Shown here in pieces: positions 23,862 to 37,966 of a DNA stretch of 64,000 nucleotides; within the stretch, counting starts at the first letter, position 1, and each line of letters opens with the position of its first letter. The position numbers and the translations under genes were made by a program. This DNA is from Takakia lepidozioides (Eukaryota > Plantae > Bryophyta): positions 22,072,001 through 22,136,000 of the forward strand of contig CM060732.1 of assembly GCA_030704615.1 (NCBI GenBank), read 5' to 3'. The notes beneath the pieces were generated by a model. It was not told where the DNA came from. It worked only from the letters and a program-made list of their open reading frames with translations, and ran no database searches.

Positions 23862-26800
23862 ATGGCAGGGAGGTCACACAAAAGCAAAAAAAAGGGGAAG
23901 ACTGGTTCTCATGGAAAGTCTCCATCGGCATCCGCAACAGCCAGCAGAGAAGTCCCATCCACGTGTGGTGCTAGAGGACTGCCAGAGTTGTGTCCACAGG
24001 AGCTCTCAAAACCATCGCCTGCCCTGTCAAACATTGCGAGTGTCACAAACGTATCTGAGGTCTCCAGTGGTGCGAATAACGGGCCTAAGGCAGAGATCAC
24101 CCTCGTGACGGGGCCACAAAAGTCTGCAGCTGGTGATTTTGTGCTGCTGGGAGGTGAAGTATACATCTCCTCCTCTCGTAAAGTAGTGATTCCAGGTATG
24201 TGTATGCCAAATGGCAATCTAAAAGCAGCAATCTTTAGCAGAGCTCTAAACACACGTTATGAAAAGAATAGTGAATCAAATGTATGGAGATGGGCAAAAC
24301 TGATATATGGTGTCAGTGGAATAACCCCAATTATGTAATTAGGGACTGTAATTCATCCATAGCAGCTATGATTATGTCTGGTCTGGGATCCTTTTAAGAA
24401 AATCCCTAAAACACCCTTAGCAACGTAACTTTTGCATCTGTGATATAGTGACAGCTCATACATCTGACATTGGGTGCACTGCTGTATTTGCCCTCTGCTA
24501 GCTTCCTGCAATTGAGAAACCTGTTTGGTGAACAATATGGTGAATGCAAGAAAGAAAGGTGGTCTCCAGAACAGCATGAACTGTTACATAAGGAACAGTG
24601 AATTCCATCTGGCAGTGCCCGGCCCTCAGGCCTCTCAGTTGTCAAGGTCCATCTTGAAGCTCAAGAACTTGAGTACATCCATGAGTATCTAAAGGCTCTT
24701 GCAGATATCCCTTTAATTGATATCTTTGCTGAAACAGAAGATGTGCATCTCTATCCTATTACTGTCAAAGGACCATCTGGCGAGCAGCTTGAGTTGCAGG
24801 TGTGCATTTTTCCCCCTTAATTGCTTTTGTTCCTTTCCATGTATCTGGTGGACCATCCCATCCTCCCTTTTCTCTTGTCCCTTCCATCCAAAATGGAACT
24901 GAAGACCTCATCCATCTAACCATTGATGTGGGTGGTTGATATCCCTAGAAGGGCTTGTATGTTCAGGGGCAGATCTATGTTGCCCAGGGATTAGGAATGG
25001 CTCAAGTCTGAGCTCAGTTATGCTTGCCTATTGTGCTGTGTGAGTTCTCCATGGCATCATATTACACCTGACCTAATATATGGCTTGTGGGGTTGGCTCT
25101 GGCAGGTTAATCCAGGACACACGTTGATGGATTTGCAGCAGTTTTTATTGGACGCACCTGAGACATGTTTTTACACATGTTATGACCTTATAATGAATGC
25201 CTCTGGTGTGTGCTACCATTTGGCTGAATACCTTGAGATTGGTGACGTTGCTGATGTGGCTGCTGGGAGTTGTTCCTTGGAGATGGTCCCTGGTAAATAC
25301 ATGACCTCATTCTGAACCATTGTTACTGCAGTATATGTGATTTAACAGTTTTTGCCCAAATCAGGTAAGCATGTGGTCACAAAATAAGCTTGAGGGGGTT
25401 TGGTCTCTGAAATAGGGGAGAGACATGAGCAACTCCTCAATGTGATCCTTGTACTCAACTTTGACTTCCATCCTGCATGTGCAATAGATGTATCATGTCT
25501 GTTGCAGCCACTGGTCAGATATGGACTTAACTATCTCTTAGGAACAATGATTTTCCTTGCCTCAGCCTTGTAGGCTACTCAACCTCCTGCTTCTCTTTTT
25601 GTGCATAGCAGGAAGGGATAGGTGGGGCAGAGTTTAAGTTTTTTTTTTTTTTTTTTTGCTTGTTTTCTTCTGCCCTTTTAATGTCTTTTGAGGGTGTTTT
25701 CTTTCATATTTCTTATCTGCTATTAGATCGGTTTATGAATTCTACTTGCAAATAGCTTTGTTTTCTTTGCCTTACCTGTCAAAGTGACTCTGGGTTGACT
25801 TTGCATTCTGCAGCTTGGTATGATGACAAATCAGTAAGGTCTCATGTGCGGCATACTCGGAATCTCATGTCAACAGCCAGTATCCATTCCTCTCTTTCTA
25901 CAGCACTTGCTATGGAAAATGAAGTGAAGCAGACATCTAGAGGTGGGCATATTTTCTTGTGTGAGGTTTTGTTCGTAGGCGTGTGTGTGAAGGAGACAGA
26001 GAGAAAACAAAATAGACCTTCATAAGGAATGAATGATAGAAAATGATGTTTCACCTTCCTAAAGTGATTCAAAGCTTGGAATCCTGACGTGAAGCCAACA
26101 GGTACCTGCTGGTCTGTTCGCTCTCCTTTCTTTCTTTCCCTCTCTGTCACCAGATTTAGTACCATGCAAGTATGAAGTAATCATGCAAGTATGAAGTAAT
26201 CATGCAATTATATGATCTTTGGGATTGGATAATGAGTGAAAGGGAGGTGGTGTGGCTGCCACATATCGCTGCACATTGTGTTATCCTCCCATGCTATATG
26301 GACACCATTTATCTATACTCAGATGTAATTGTGATTTCGTGTTTTGACTTTCTATGTAGGGATATTAGCATATGTCTCATAAGGGTGGAGTCAATAGATC
26401 GTATACTCCATCTTGGTCAGTACCCACATCACAGACGTCACCATCTTTAATGTTTGATCCATTCAGAAAGTCATGGAACAGCCCTAAGTGCTTATGTTAG
26501 GTTATTCTAATGTTCCCTTATATGTACTTTCAGGGGTAGCTGAGCTTGAGGAGGGTCTAGGCATCATGGAAGATCCACTGGGGTTGCTGGGGACTGTCAT
26601 TTCTATGCCAGTAGTACAAGATATCGTGTGTGTGGAAACTATTGCCTTCTCATCGTTCAACCCTGTCCCAGGATATCGAAGGTGCTTCGTCTATTCTCAC
26701 CTGTAGTTGGCTGACAGTTGTTTGTTCAGTAGATTCATGTTCAAGCTTAATTTTGTTGTTCCAGTATGGTACTTAACTGCATTCTTCTCTAAGGAGGGGG

Positions 26801-29800
26801 GAAGCTGAGAGAAGCCTTTCACTTCAGAGGGACTGCCTGCTGTAAGGACTTCCTCAACTATTTGACAAACTTAATTTACTAGCCTTCAACATCTTCTCTT
26901 TCCATGCTTGACAGGCTGCTGGGTGACTTAATATACCTAGATGTGGTATCAGCAGAAGGCGAGAGTTACTGTATAACAGCACACAAGCGTGGCTTTTACG
27001 TTAACTCCAGCAAAGGGAATGTCTTGGATGCTCAGTCTGTCAAGCCTGTGATTGAATCAACTACTCTTGTTGGTCTCCTCCGTCAAGTCAGCAAAACATT
27101 TGCCACGGGTACAAAACTCAGATAACCTTTTGAACCTTAGTGTCCTCTGGATAGTGCTGGAACTTCCCAAAGGTTTATTCACACTCTTACTGACTGGATT
27201 CTTGTAATGAATTTGTTGCCCTTAGTGTCATGTTCCATTAGGCATGAAAATGCAATTGCAAGCTCTTCTTCACTTCGCCCATCAAGCCGGTCGTTTTTTG
27301 TGTATTTTTCATTTCTTTTGGACTAGTCAGCTCCAGTGTAGGCTGCTGTGTCTAGGAAGTTCGGATCAACTTTGCTTTCTGGTAGGCTTTTATTGTTATG
27401 AAGTTGTCTCAGTCATGTGAACTGCAACTAAATGATTTCTGCTAGGGGCTTTGTTGCTAAAGATCTTCTGAGCTTGGACTTTTTTCTCTCAGAGTTTGTA
27501 GAAATATTGGAGCAAAAAATGTCAGGGCACCCCTTTGAGAATGTCCCCGTGCTCTTGCCGCCCAACTTATGGCTGGGCCCTTTCCCTCCTCCCTGTGAGT
27601 TCCACTATCCACAATTATCAATACTAATTTAATAATATTGTGCTCGGAATGCCCATTACACGTTTATTTATTAAGTAACAGCTCTTAGAATGGTCTTTTG
27701 TTGCTTCGGGGAGGGGCAGCCCACAAGAGAGACATGGCACGGGCAGAGGATGTGTTGATGGCACCATATGGTACAGAGGTCAATGGGTTGCAGCGTGACT
27801 GGAATGAGGAGCTGCAGTCCTGCCGAGAGCTCCCCTGTGAAACTTTTCAAGAGAGGTACTACATCAGCAGTTGTCAAGTTTAAAGAAAGGAATTACTGTG
27901 CCATTCACCATGATTTCCTGCACACAATCAGTTTCCCTTGGACTGCAAATGTGTGTCATTTGTTTTTTTCACTGAAGGCTGTGCTGTGTAATGCACAGGA
28001 TACTGCGGGACAGAGCTCTGTACAAGGTGAATTGTGATTTTGTGGAGGCTGCAACTGAAGGGGCAAGGGCTATGATTGGACAGTGCATTCCACCCGTCAA
28101 TCCCACAGACCCCCCTCACCTCCAAATGTGAAGATCTTCCTAACTTTTCCATGTTGGTGTTTGCTATAAATTCCTTCTGTTCTCTTGAAAATAAACAATA
28201 GAGACACCCAGGCGAAGTGGACACCCAGGGAATGGCAAAGTGCAGTCTTTTGCGACCTCCCTTCCATTTTTCATGTACCATATGTCTTTGTGCCTTGCAG
28301 ATTTGTACACAACAATATTTTCTTCAGTTTTGCTGTTGACGGAGACTTCACACGGATGCAACAGACTAGGGACCTGGAACCACGGCAGCGGAAAGGTGTT
28401 ACTACAGAGACTGAAACCACAACTGATGGAGTTAGTCCTGACGAGATGGCAACTGATGCCTCTTCTCACCCAGAAGCCGAGAAGAAGGAACTGTCTGCAG
28501 TACAGACAGGTAGCAAGGGAGCCACAAATGAAGTCCCAGGTGGTGGGTATGCTAATCTTCCCCCACCCACCCCAGTTGTGGAAAGGGAACAGGCCACATA
28601 TGTGTCTGCAAACAATGATTTGAGGGGAACGAAGGCTTACAACGATGCTAATGTGCCAGGCCTTCACACATTGGCAATGGCTATTATTGATTTCAGAGGT
28701 CACAGGGTTGTTGCACAGGTGAGTAACACAGCACATTGTTTGCTTCCACAGGGAATCCCCAAACATTGGGGACACAAGGAGGAAGAGGGAAGCAAGAGAG
28801 AAGGACCTGCCTTAGATTTTTCCTCTACCTGCCTTGGTTTACGGTCTTGGATTATGGTATCAACTGTAACATAGTTTGGGGGCTATGGGCTGCAGAGTAT
28901 TATACCAGGTATTCTGCAGGGGCGCAAAAAGGAGTCCTTGCTGTATGGTTCTGTGGACAATGGAAAATCAATCGCATGGAATGAGAACTTCCATTCTAAG
29001 GTGAGAGCGCCCAAACTTTCCAAATGTGTGTCCTTTTTCACTAGACACTTGTCTTGTGATAAAGGCCTGTAGATGAATGCACCTCATGTGCATATTTTCT
29101 CTCTGTTTTTCTGTTTTAGGTCTTCTTCTCTTCTGTTCATTCTTTATGGTGTCTTCAAAGTTTCTGCTCCTAGCTTTCAGATTGTTTCCTTGAGCTAATT
29201 CTGTTTCTGCTTCTATATATTCCCATTTGATCGCTTAAACTCTGTCTTAGCTAAGTCTTTCCTTGTACCTGCTGGAACAGAGAGAATATCAGTACATTAT
29301 GATAGTCCCGTTTGATTGCTATAACTCTTTCTTAGTTAAGTCTGTTACCTTCTGGTCAGTGAGAGAAACTCGATAAATTTGACTCACTGTTGGGAAGATG
29401 AATTCATTGGGGGAGTCTTATAGCTAGTTACTGATTTGCAGGAATTTCTTTGTAGTGTGCAATTGACTCTGTAAGATACAAAAAGTGTAGGCCTGTTTGT
29501 TCATTTGTTTGCCGTTTCCGGAAGCGTTCTCTTTCTCCTTTCTGATCTGTTGTCTCATTACCATATGCGTCTTGTGCCCTGGATATGTTCTTATCTCTCT
29601 TTCATCAAATTGTCATTCAAAGGAAATTTGGAGTTGTACTGTGCACGAATATGAATGTATATTCTACAATTTCGTATCACATAAATACAGACTGTAGGAC
29701 ACTGTAGACAGCACTACTTTGTTGGGTCTGTAACAGCAGTGGATGCCTGCAGACGCTGCAAGCAGGGAGGCTGTTGCACATCAAGGAGCATACCATGCTG

Positions 29801-32800
29801 GATGGAATGGGGAAATCTGTCACCCTGTGCACTCCTGTTGAATGCAGGGGCATGGTTGGAAGCGATGACCGGTGTGTGTTCCTCTCTATTGTCTCTCGAT
29901 GTGAAGATGAAATAGTTTATACCCTCCATAGGAGAGAGGAGGAAAGTGACTAGTCAAGTGGGCTTCTCATGTTCAAGAGTTTCGTTTTATGAGTTTTTGA
30001 TTGGCGTTTATCTCCCATTCGAGAGAACAATAGGTCCAGGGGATGCCTTTGCGACGATATAGAACCAGGAAACCCCACTTCAGAATATTGCATATTCATG
30101 AAGTCCCTCATGGGGTAGACATTACCTCTGCAGGAGGGCCGAAGGGGCACAAGTAGATCAAAAGTGAACCACAACTTTACAACTGTAGAACTTCAGAAAA
30201 CACATAAACTGCCTCATGGTGCAACCCAGGCACATCCTATCCAAGAGAGATTGTACTCATAAGACGTTGTTTGCCGTAGCCTTGTGGCCATTGACCCCGC
30301 GCCCAGTTTGAGCGGGAACAAAAGGGACAGAACCTACCTCTGTCAGGGGCTGACGTTGGTAGTAAGACTTACCTCCATATAAAGAATTAATCCGGGTTTT
30401 CCAGATATCCTCTAGAAATCCCTTCACACAAGCATCAATCTGCTGTGTGTGATTTGTCCAAAAACTAGGCCTCAGGAGGGCCTGGGCTTTTGGCTCAGCC
30501 TTGAGACTTTCAAAGTTGGTAAACAGGGGTACAGGCACAATTCCCTTAATAGATTTGAAGAGAACGTCTCTTTGGTGAGAAAACCCCGGACAGTGTATCA
30601 GAAAATGAATACTGTCTTCAGATTGCCCACACAACGGGCAATTGCACTCTCCCTTTCCTCTCTGCTTCTGTTTGCTGTTCAAAGGTAGGCTTCCTGCCCT
30701 GAGTTTAAATTTCAGTCTAGTGCCGAGAGTGGGTAGACCCTTGAGGTCATCCAAGATGTCCTCCCCCATGTCACAGACTGGAAACAAGTTCAGGGAAGTT
30801 TTCTGCCTAACTTCATTTTCATCAGACAATCTCATGGTAACAGACATGGCTGAGGACACTACAACCTCTAAGTCAGATTTATCCAGCAGGGTCAAGACTT
30901 GCGGATCCAGGTCCAGGTCCTTGAGGATCTCTTCTACCCTCTTCTGCCAGGACTTAGCCTGTTTGACAGGGCGGTCCTGTTTCCAAGATATAGAGTCGAT
31001 TAATTTAGGATATCTGGTGTTGGGCATATGTTGCAGCTGACCCCACCATCTGACCTTGAATTCATCTCGTCGGGAGCTTAAGGACGGAATGCCAAACTCA
31101 CCCCGAACAGCCACATCGGCTGTTTTGGAGCATGCTGACATACACTCCTTAAGCACCCCCACTTGAATGGATTCTAGAGACTTAGCCTGGTTGGAGTTAT
31201 CAACCCATATAGCAGATCCATACTCCAAGGCAGGGCTAATAACGCGACAAAGCATGGTTTTCTTAACCTCAGAGTTGACCCCTCTGCAGTGGAAAAATTT
31301 AGTGAGCCCCAGAGCTTTGCCCTTGCCAGTTTGAACAACTTTCCGGATATGTGCATCCCAATTACAATTGGAGGAGAACTCAACACCCAGGTAAGTGTAG
31401 GAAGGGAGGACCGGGATCTCTTGGCTACCCCACTGCCACTTAAGATCACTTCCTCCCTCTCCTCTGTCGTTGAATGCTACCACTGCACATTTGCTGACAT
31501 TAGCCTCTAGCCCCCAAAGATCAAAGTATCTCTTCGCGCAATCAATCAACTCCTGGAGATTGGTTGGAGTCTCCCCTATGCCTGCGAAGTCATCCGCAAA
31601 CATAAGGGCTGGTATGGTGGTATCACCCACCCTTAACCCAAATCCCTCACTTTCCACATCCTCGAGGAGTTGATTGATGAAAACATTGAAGAGCAGAGGG
31701 GAGAGAGTACATCCTTGAGCTACACCTTGGTCTATGTCAAAGAAGTTGGACTTCTGTCCGTTAACAGTGACACAGCTTTTGGTGTGAGCATACAAGTTGT
31801 GGACAACTCTCCACATCTTTCCCTTGATCCCACAAGACCAGAGGCGGAACCATAGGCCATCCCTCCACACTGTGTCATAAGCCTTTTTGACATCCAGGAA
31901 AAAGACATAAGTGGGTTTCCCTTCTTTTTTCCTTCCCTGGATAATCTGGCTTAGAGTGAAGATATGATCCACACAGCCCCTGTTTCGCCGAAAGCCAGCT
32001 TGGCCTTCGTGGAAACAACCTCTCGAGACGAGTACTTATAACTCTGCAGAATGTCTTGCCAACAGCATTGAGGAGCGTGATGCCACGGTAGTTCCCCGGT
32101 TCTTCTCTGTCACCCTTCTTGTATAGATTGACAATGACCCCCTGTCGCCAGCGAAAGGGGATCATTTCAGTCTTCCAGATAAGGTTAAAGAGGAGAACTA
32201 GGGCCTCTATCATGGGATCGCCACCGTGCTTGATAAGCTCGTTGACAATACCATCAGGTCCACCAGCTTTATATCCATTTAAATGTTCAATTGCTTCCAC
32301 AATCTCAGAAGAACTAATGGGAGCATTATAAGCCATTGAAATATACTCCAGTTCATCAGGGCTGTTTTGAATCATAGGAACAGTTTTTCCAACTGTGTCC
32401 CTCCATTCAGCAGAAGACCCCTCACTGTTAGACCTAGAAGTTCTGCCAAGGATACTGTAGTGAGTTTCGAAGGTTTTGACAATGTCAACCGATGAAGTCA
32501 CCACTGCACCTTTAGTGGTCTTCAGCGCTTGTACTTGCTGACCGTTTTTCGGTTTGTACAAACGTTGAAGGGCCAACCAGAATTTCTTGTCATTACCACC
32601 ATGGTGGTTTGAGTTTATTTCACTGTATAACTTGTCCCAGTATAATTTCTTCTGAGACCTAACAAGCTGATTGATATCTTTACGGAGCTGGTAGTACCTC
32701 GCCCACAATTCTCTGTTGGTTTCCAAATTGCAGCACTCTTTATAGAGGGCTCGTCCCTCAGCTATCTTGAGTTTAATCTCTGTAGTCCACCAATTAACTG

Positions 32801-35800
32801 CTCTACCGCAGACAATTAGTTTCCTCCCAATGATCTTGTCAGCCACAGAGGAAACGAAACTCTCCCAAGAGTCCACTGCTCTTTCGACTTCATTTCTTGC
32901 GTTAACAGAGCGTGACTGAAGTTCTTGGAGCGATTGGACAAAATGAGGGAGAGCCTCTTGCAAGGCCTGGACGTACTCAGCCTTGACCTCCTCATTGTGG
33001 ATTTTATCTATGCGCCACTTCCGAATCGAACGTTTCACAGATCTCTTGGTGGTGGGAAAACACCTTTTGATCTCAGTCCAAACCAGGAAGTGGTCAGAGG
33101 TACCAATATCAGTTCTGTCGATCAACACATTGGCACACTGGGGGAACAAAATTTTGTCCATTATGATATAGTCCACAATGGAACGTTCCCCAGTTTGGGG
33201 TTTCTCACGAGTCCACTGCACTTGGTCACCTCTTGTCCTGTTATTCAAGGTCAAAAGCTGAAGCTCTTCTAGACAGTTAATTAACCGTCTGCCATTAGAA
33301 TTCAGCTCGTCCTCACCAAAAGGTCCAATGATATCGTCCTGATGGATCCCTTTGCCCACCCGGGCATTGAAGTCCCCCAATAGTACCACCTGACCTTTGG
33401 CAAGGAACGAAGCACAGTCCAGCTTTACATCTTCGAAGGCCTTGTCTGCGTCAGCACTAAGGGTCCCCTCTGTGGGCATGTAAACACAACCAACAAAGAG
33501 GTCCTTTGTACTCATGCCGCCCTTCAAATTCAGTTTTAGCCAGATACTATGCTTGTACCTCAAACCCTTGTTGATAATTTCACAATTGTCAAACAAGAAA
33601 TCACGGACAAAGAATCCGACCCCTTTTTGACCGCGTTTGGCAGAGGATGCCTTGAGAGTACACATCTTACCTGCCCATTTATAACCAATGACATCTCCAA
33701 CCAGTTTATCCGACGTTTCCCATGTTTCTTGCCCAGCACAGATATGAGTATCATTAGTCCGAAGAACTTGTCCCACTTCAAGTTGTTTCCTTTGGTTGGT
33801 CAACCCTGAGAAGTTGAAAGTGGCCAGCCGCAAGCCAGCCCTTTGCGTGTGAATTGTTTGTCGTCTAGGTAGCTTGTGATTGCTCCTGGACGGCCAACCG
33901 TTCTGCAAAGGGGGACAGTTACCCCATGTGTAGATTTTGCTCGTCTTGTGTAAACTTTGAGAATTGGTAAACCATTCAGGGCACCAAATCTTTCAGTTAC
34001 ACGACGCACAGGCTCCGCACACATAGGGGCAGATTGTCCGTCAGACTGCTTGGGGACAATTACCCCGTGTATAGATTTTGCTCGTCTTGTGTAGACTTTG
34101 AGGATTGGTAAACCATTTAGAGTACCAAATCCTTCAGTTACACGACGTTCAGGCTCTGCACACTTAGGGACAGATTGTCCATCTGACGGCTTGGGGACAA
34201 TTACCCCGTGTATAGAATTTGTTCGTCTTGTGTAAACCTTGAGGATTGGTAAACCATTCAGAGTACCAAATCCTTCAGATTCAGGACGTTCAGGTTCCGT
34301 ACACTTAGGGGCATCTTGTCCTTCTGGCTGTTTGGATTCAACCTCATCCAGAGCATCAAACCGATTAGAAACTCTCAAGTTGAAGTTGTTGCCCTTGGTT
34401 GTCTTCCTAGAGCGCCCCATTGAATCACCAATGTCTAAGACCGCTCTCCAGCCAGTCAAGGGACGAACTTCTTTGAGATTGAATTGATGCGGGACTCTAT
34501 TAGAAGCACTTTTGGTCATTGCAACCTTCAACGTACCCCTGTTATCAAGTCTCGAGATGGTACCATTAGCCATGAAATCCAAGCCTAAGCTAGAGCATGT
34601 AGTTTTAAAGGACACATCGTCCATCCTGGGATTCACCCCAAAAACTACACATGAAGCCCTAGATTTGGCATAAGTAACCAATTCCCAGGGATCACCCTGA
34701 GGAGTGTTGATGTTGATAGGAGCTAAATTTTTTATTGTTTTCGCAGGCCATAAGTTTAAGCACAGGAACCAACCCGAGCCCAAGTGCCGAGTATGCTAGA
34801 CAGAGCATACGACTGCCCAATTTGGGCGGAGGGGCTGCCCCCAAGCGGTAGGAGTCCGCTTGTTACCATTCAGAGATCACACTCCAGGGAGTTGCAGGGA
34901 ATGGCCCGTGTAGGCATATTCTAAAGAGGGAAAGGCCCCAAGCTTTCCAACTAAATCCAATGCACTACCTTACCTGAAGCAAAGCGCTTCAGGTCGAAAC
35001 AAACAAGGACACGAGGTCACGAGGCCGGCATTTAGTCACAGAGACATTAATGTACTCCCGTTTCAAGTCCACCCAATGTCAATAGGCTTCCTAGAGGACA
35101 GGGAGAAAAGAGAGAATGGACTCATAAGACGTTTGCGGTAGCCTTGTGGCCATAGACCCCCCGCACAGTTTAGTTCAGGCTTTCCAGATTTCCTCTAGAA
35201 AGCCCTTCACACAAGCGTCAAGCTGCTGAGCGTGAGCAGCCGAAAAGTTAGATCCCAACAGGGCCAGGGCTTTAGGCTCAGCCTCGAGATTTTTGAAGTT
35301 AGTGAACACAGGTGCATGAACCGTGTTCTTGATGTTCCTGAAGGGGGTCAGTCTCTGGTGAGAATACCCCGGACAATGTGTCAGAAAATGGATATTGTCT
35401 TCATGTTGCCGACACATTAGGCAATTATAATCTCCTTTTCCTCTGCTTCTGCTTAGGTAGGCTCCCAGCCTGCCAAGACTCAGCCTGTTTAACAGGATGG
35501 TCTTGCTTCCAAGAAATAGCATCGACTATTTTAGGGAATCTGGTGTTAGACATGCGTTTCAACTGACCCCACCATCTGGCCTTGAATTCATCACGTCGTG
35601 AGCTTAAGGGAGGTATGCCGAACTTGCCCTGGACAGCCACATTAGCTGTTCTAGAGCATGCCGATATGCTTTCTTTGAGCACCGTGACCTGAATGGCATG
35701 GTTGGAATTGTCGACCTACACAGCAGATGTGTACTCTAAAGGCAGGCTGAATAACGTTGCAAAGCATGGTCCTTTCTTAACCTCACCCTCTGCAGTGGAA

Positions 35801-37925
35801 AAATTTAGTGAGGCCCAAAGCTTTGCGTTTAGTTGATTGAATCACTTTGTGTATATGTACATCCCAGTTACAGCTGGAGGAGAACTCAACACCAAGATAT
35901 GTGTAGGAAGGGGGTACAGGGATCTCTTCATCACCCCATTTCCTTTTGAGAGAGAGAGAATGTACTCATAAGATGTTGTTTGCTGTAGCCTCGTGGCCAT
36001 AGACTGTGCCCCCAGTTTGGGTGGGACAAAAGGGAACCGATACTACCTTTGTGAGGGGCTCACCCCGGTAGTGGACGTACCTTGATAGAGACAATTAGTT
36101 CGGGTTTTCCAGATATCCTTTAGTAAGCCCTCCACACAAGCATCAATGTGTGAGCTGCCCAGCATTTAGAGCGAAGAGGGCCAGGGCTTTAGGCTCATCC
36201 TCAAGATTTGAAAGTTGGTGAACAAGAAGTGAAGTTGAGAGAGAATTTACTCATAAGACGTTGTTTGCCGTAGCCTTGTGGCCATTGACCCCGCGCCCAG
36301 TTTGAGCGGGACACAGAGGGACTGAAACTACCTTTGTCAGTGGCTGACCTTCTTCTCACCAACTTTCAAAAAACGTGAGGATGAGCCTAAAGCCCTGGCC
36401 CTGTTGGGTCGAATTTGAGAGAGATAGGGCTTGTCTTGTCATGACAAGAAAGGATCTGTCTTTGCTAGACCAGACCATTTTGTTTTTTTACAAAGAAAGA
36501 CAAAATACAGCCTCATTACCAAGGCACCATCACCCTTCTCCTAAACCACAGTCTTGTTCCTGATTTAATTCACACTTCTGGGTGATTGGGTGGGTGGTGG
36601 GGTTTGTTAGAAACCCTTTAAAAAACCACCTTTCCTATAGTGATAGACGTCATACTGAACAATATTCATATCCACTGTACTGTCAGACTGGGATTTCCAG
36701 AAAACCGAAATTCGTGCTTGTTAGCATGTGGACTGTAGGTCAGTGACTTCCAAGTCAGCCTTAGCCTTTACTTAAGCAAACCAGTGCTTGCTTAAAACTA
36801 AAGAGATCTCTGCCCACAGTAAATGTCTGAGCATAGTACTTCTCTATGAGGATAATTCAGTTTCATCAAAGTAGTGTCAACACATACTTCCCTGAAAATC
36901 ACATGTCGAAACTGAGACAAAACCAAGTCTTCCACCATAGCCCGAATGGGATGTACTGCCATGTCTTAAAACAAAACAAACACAGTATTCAAAATGAAAC
37001 CACTCAGCTGGGCTGTAAACTGAGATTGATCCAAATCAAGACGGGTCTTCAGAACCCTCTGGTATCAGATCCAAGGGTAGATTACTTCCCTCACAGAAAC
37101 ATGAGGCTGTTGTCAAGTGTTGTGCCATTCGTCCTAGGCAGTGGCTGCCTCATGCGATAGGTGATTTCCATCATCTATCCAATGTACTCTTGCAAAACTT
37201 ACACATATAGCTTAGAGACCAATGAAAGGTGAAGGACCCTCACCTGCGCCCGTCCCAAAAACCACCACATCCACCAGAATGCGTGTTAGTGGGGATGCGC
37301 GAGGTGAGTACCAGGTCTTCACGCTTGCTATCGCTGTCCAACATGCAGATCTAAGCAAGTGAAAGATTGCAAGAGTAACAGGAAAGGTGTGACATTGCAC
37401 AGAACCTTGAAAGTTTGAGGCAGACCAGTCTACAACGTTGCGCATATCCGTTCACGCAACAAGAAGTAATTGCAAAGCATATGCGAGGACTGAGTGTAAC
37501 TTCCTGCTCGTGTCCACAAATGAGCCATGGCTTCCCTATAACTGCATAGCGAGCTCGACCAACACAATGAAGGCAAGGTTGCGCTTAAACCTTGCTGGCC
37601 GCAGTCCTATTGAAAATCTCTTGAAGGCAAAGCTCGGTGAGCGGTGTGCCCGACACTTCGCCTGTAGTTTCAGGTAGCTGCCATTCGTACTCAAACAACT
37701 TTTGTGAATGAGCACCAAATTGCAGGGTAAGGGTTCTGAAACCCTAAATTCAAACCAGCACATGGACATTCAATAAATCCCACAAGGCCCTGGCCAGGGA
37801 ATGAGTTTTGCAGCAAGTGTCTACTTGTCATTTTCAGGACATCCATAAGAATAAATCACTTTATTCCACCTGAAATATTCTACCCAAGATTAAACAGAAA
37901 TGAAATGAAATGGTACTTTGTAACG

Positions 37926-37966
<41 letters not shown>

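Noticed and set aside
37210-37700. Possible captured gene fragment in the large CLU intron
   Set aside because: Composition looks coding-like but frames have stops and I recognise no family.
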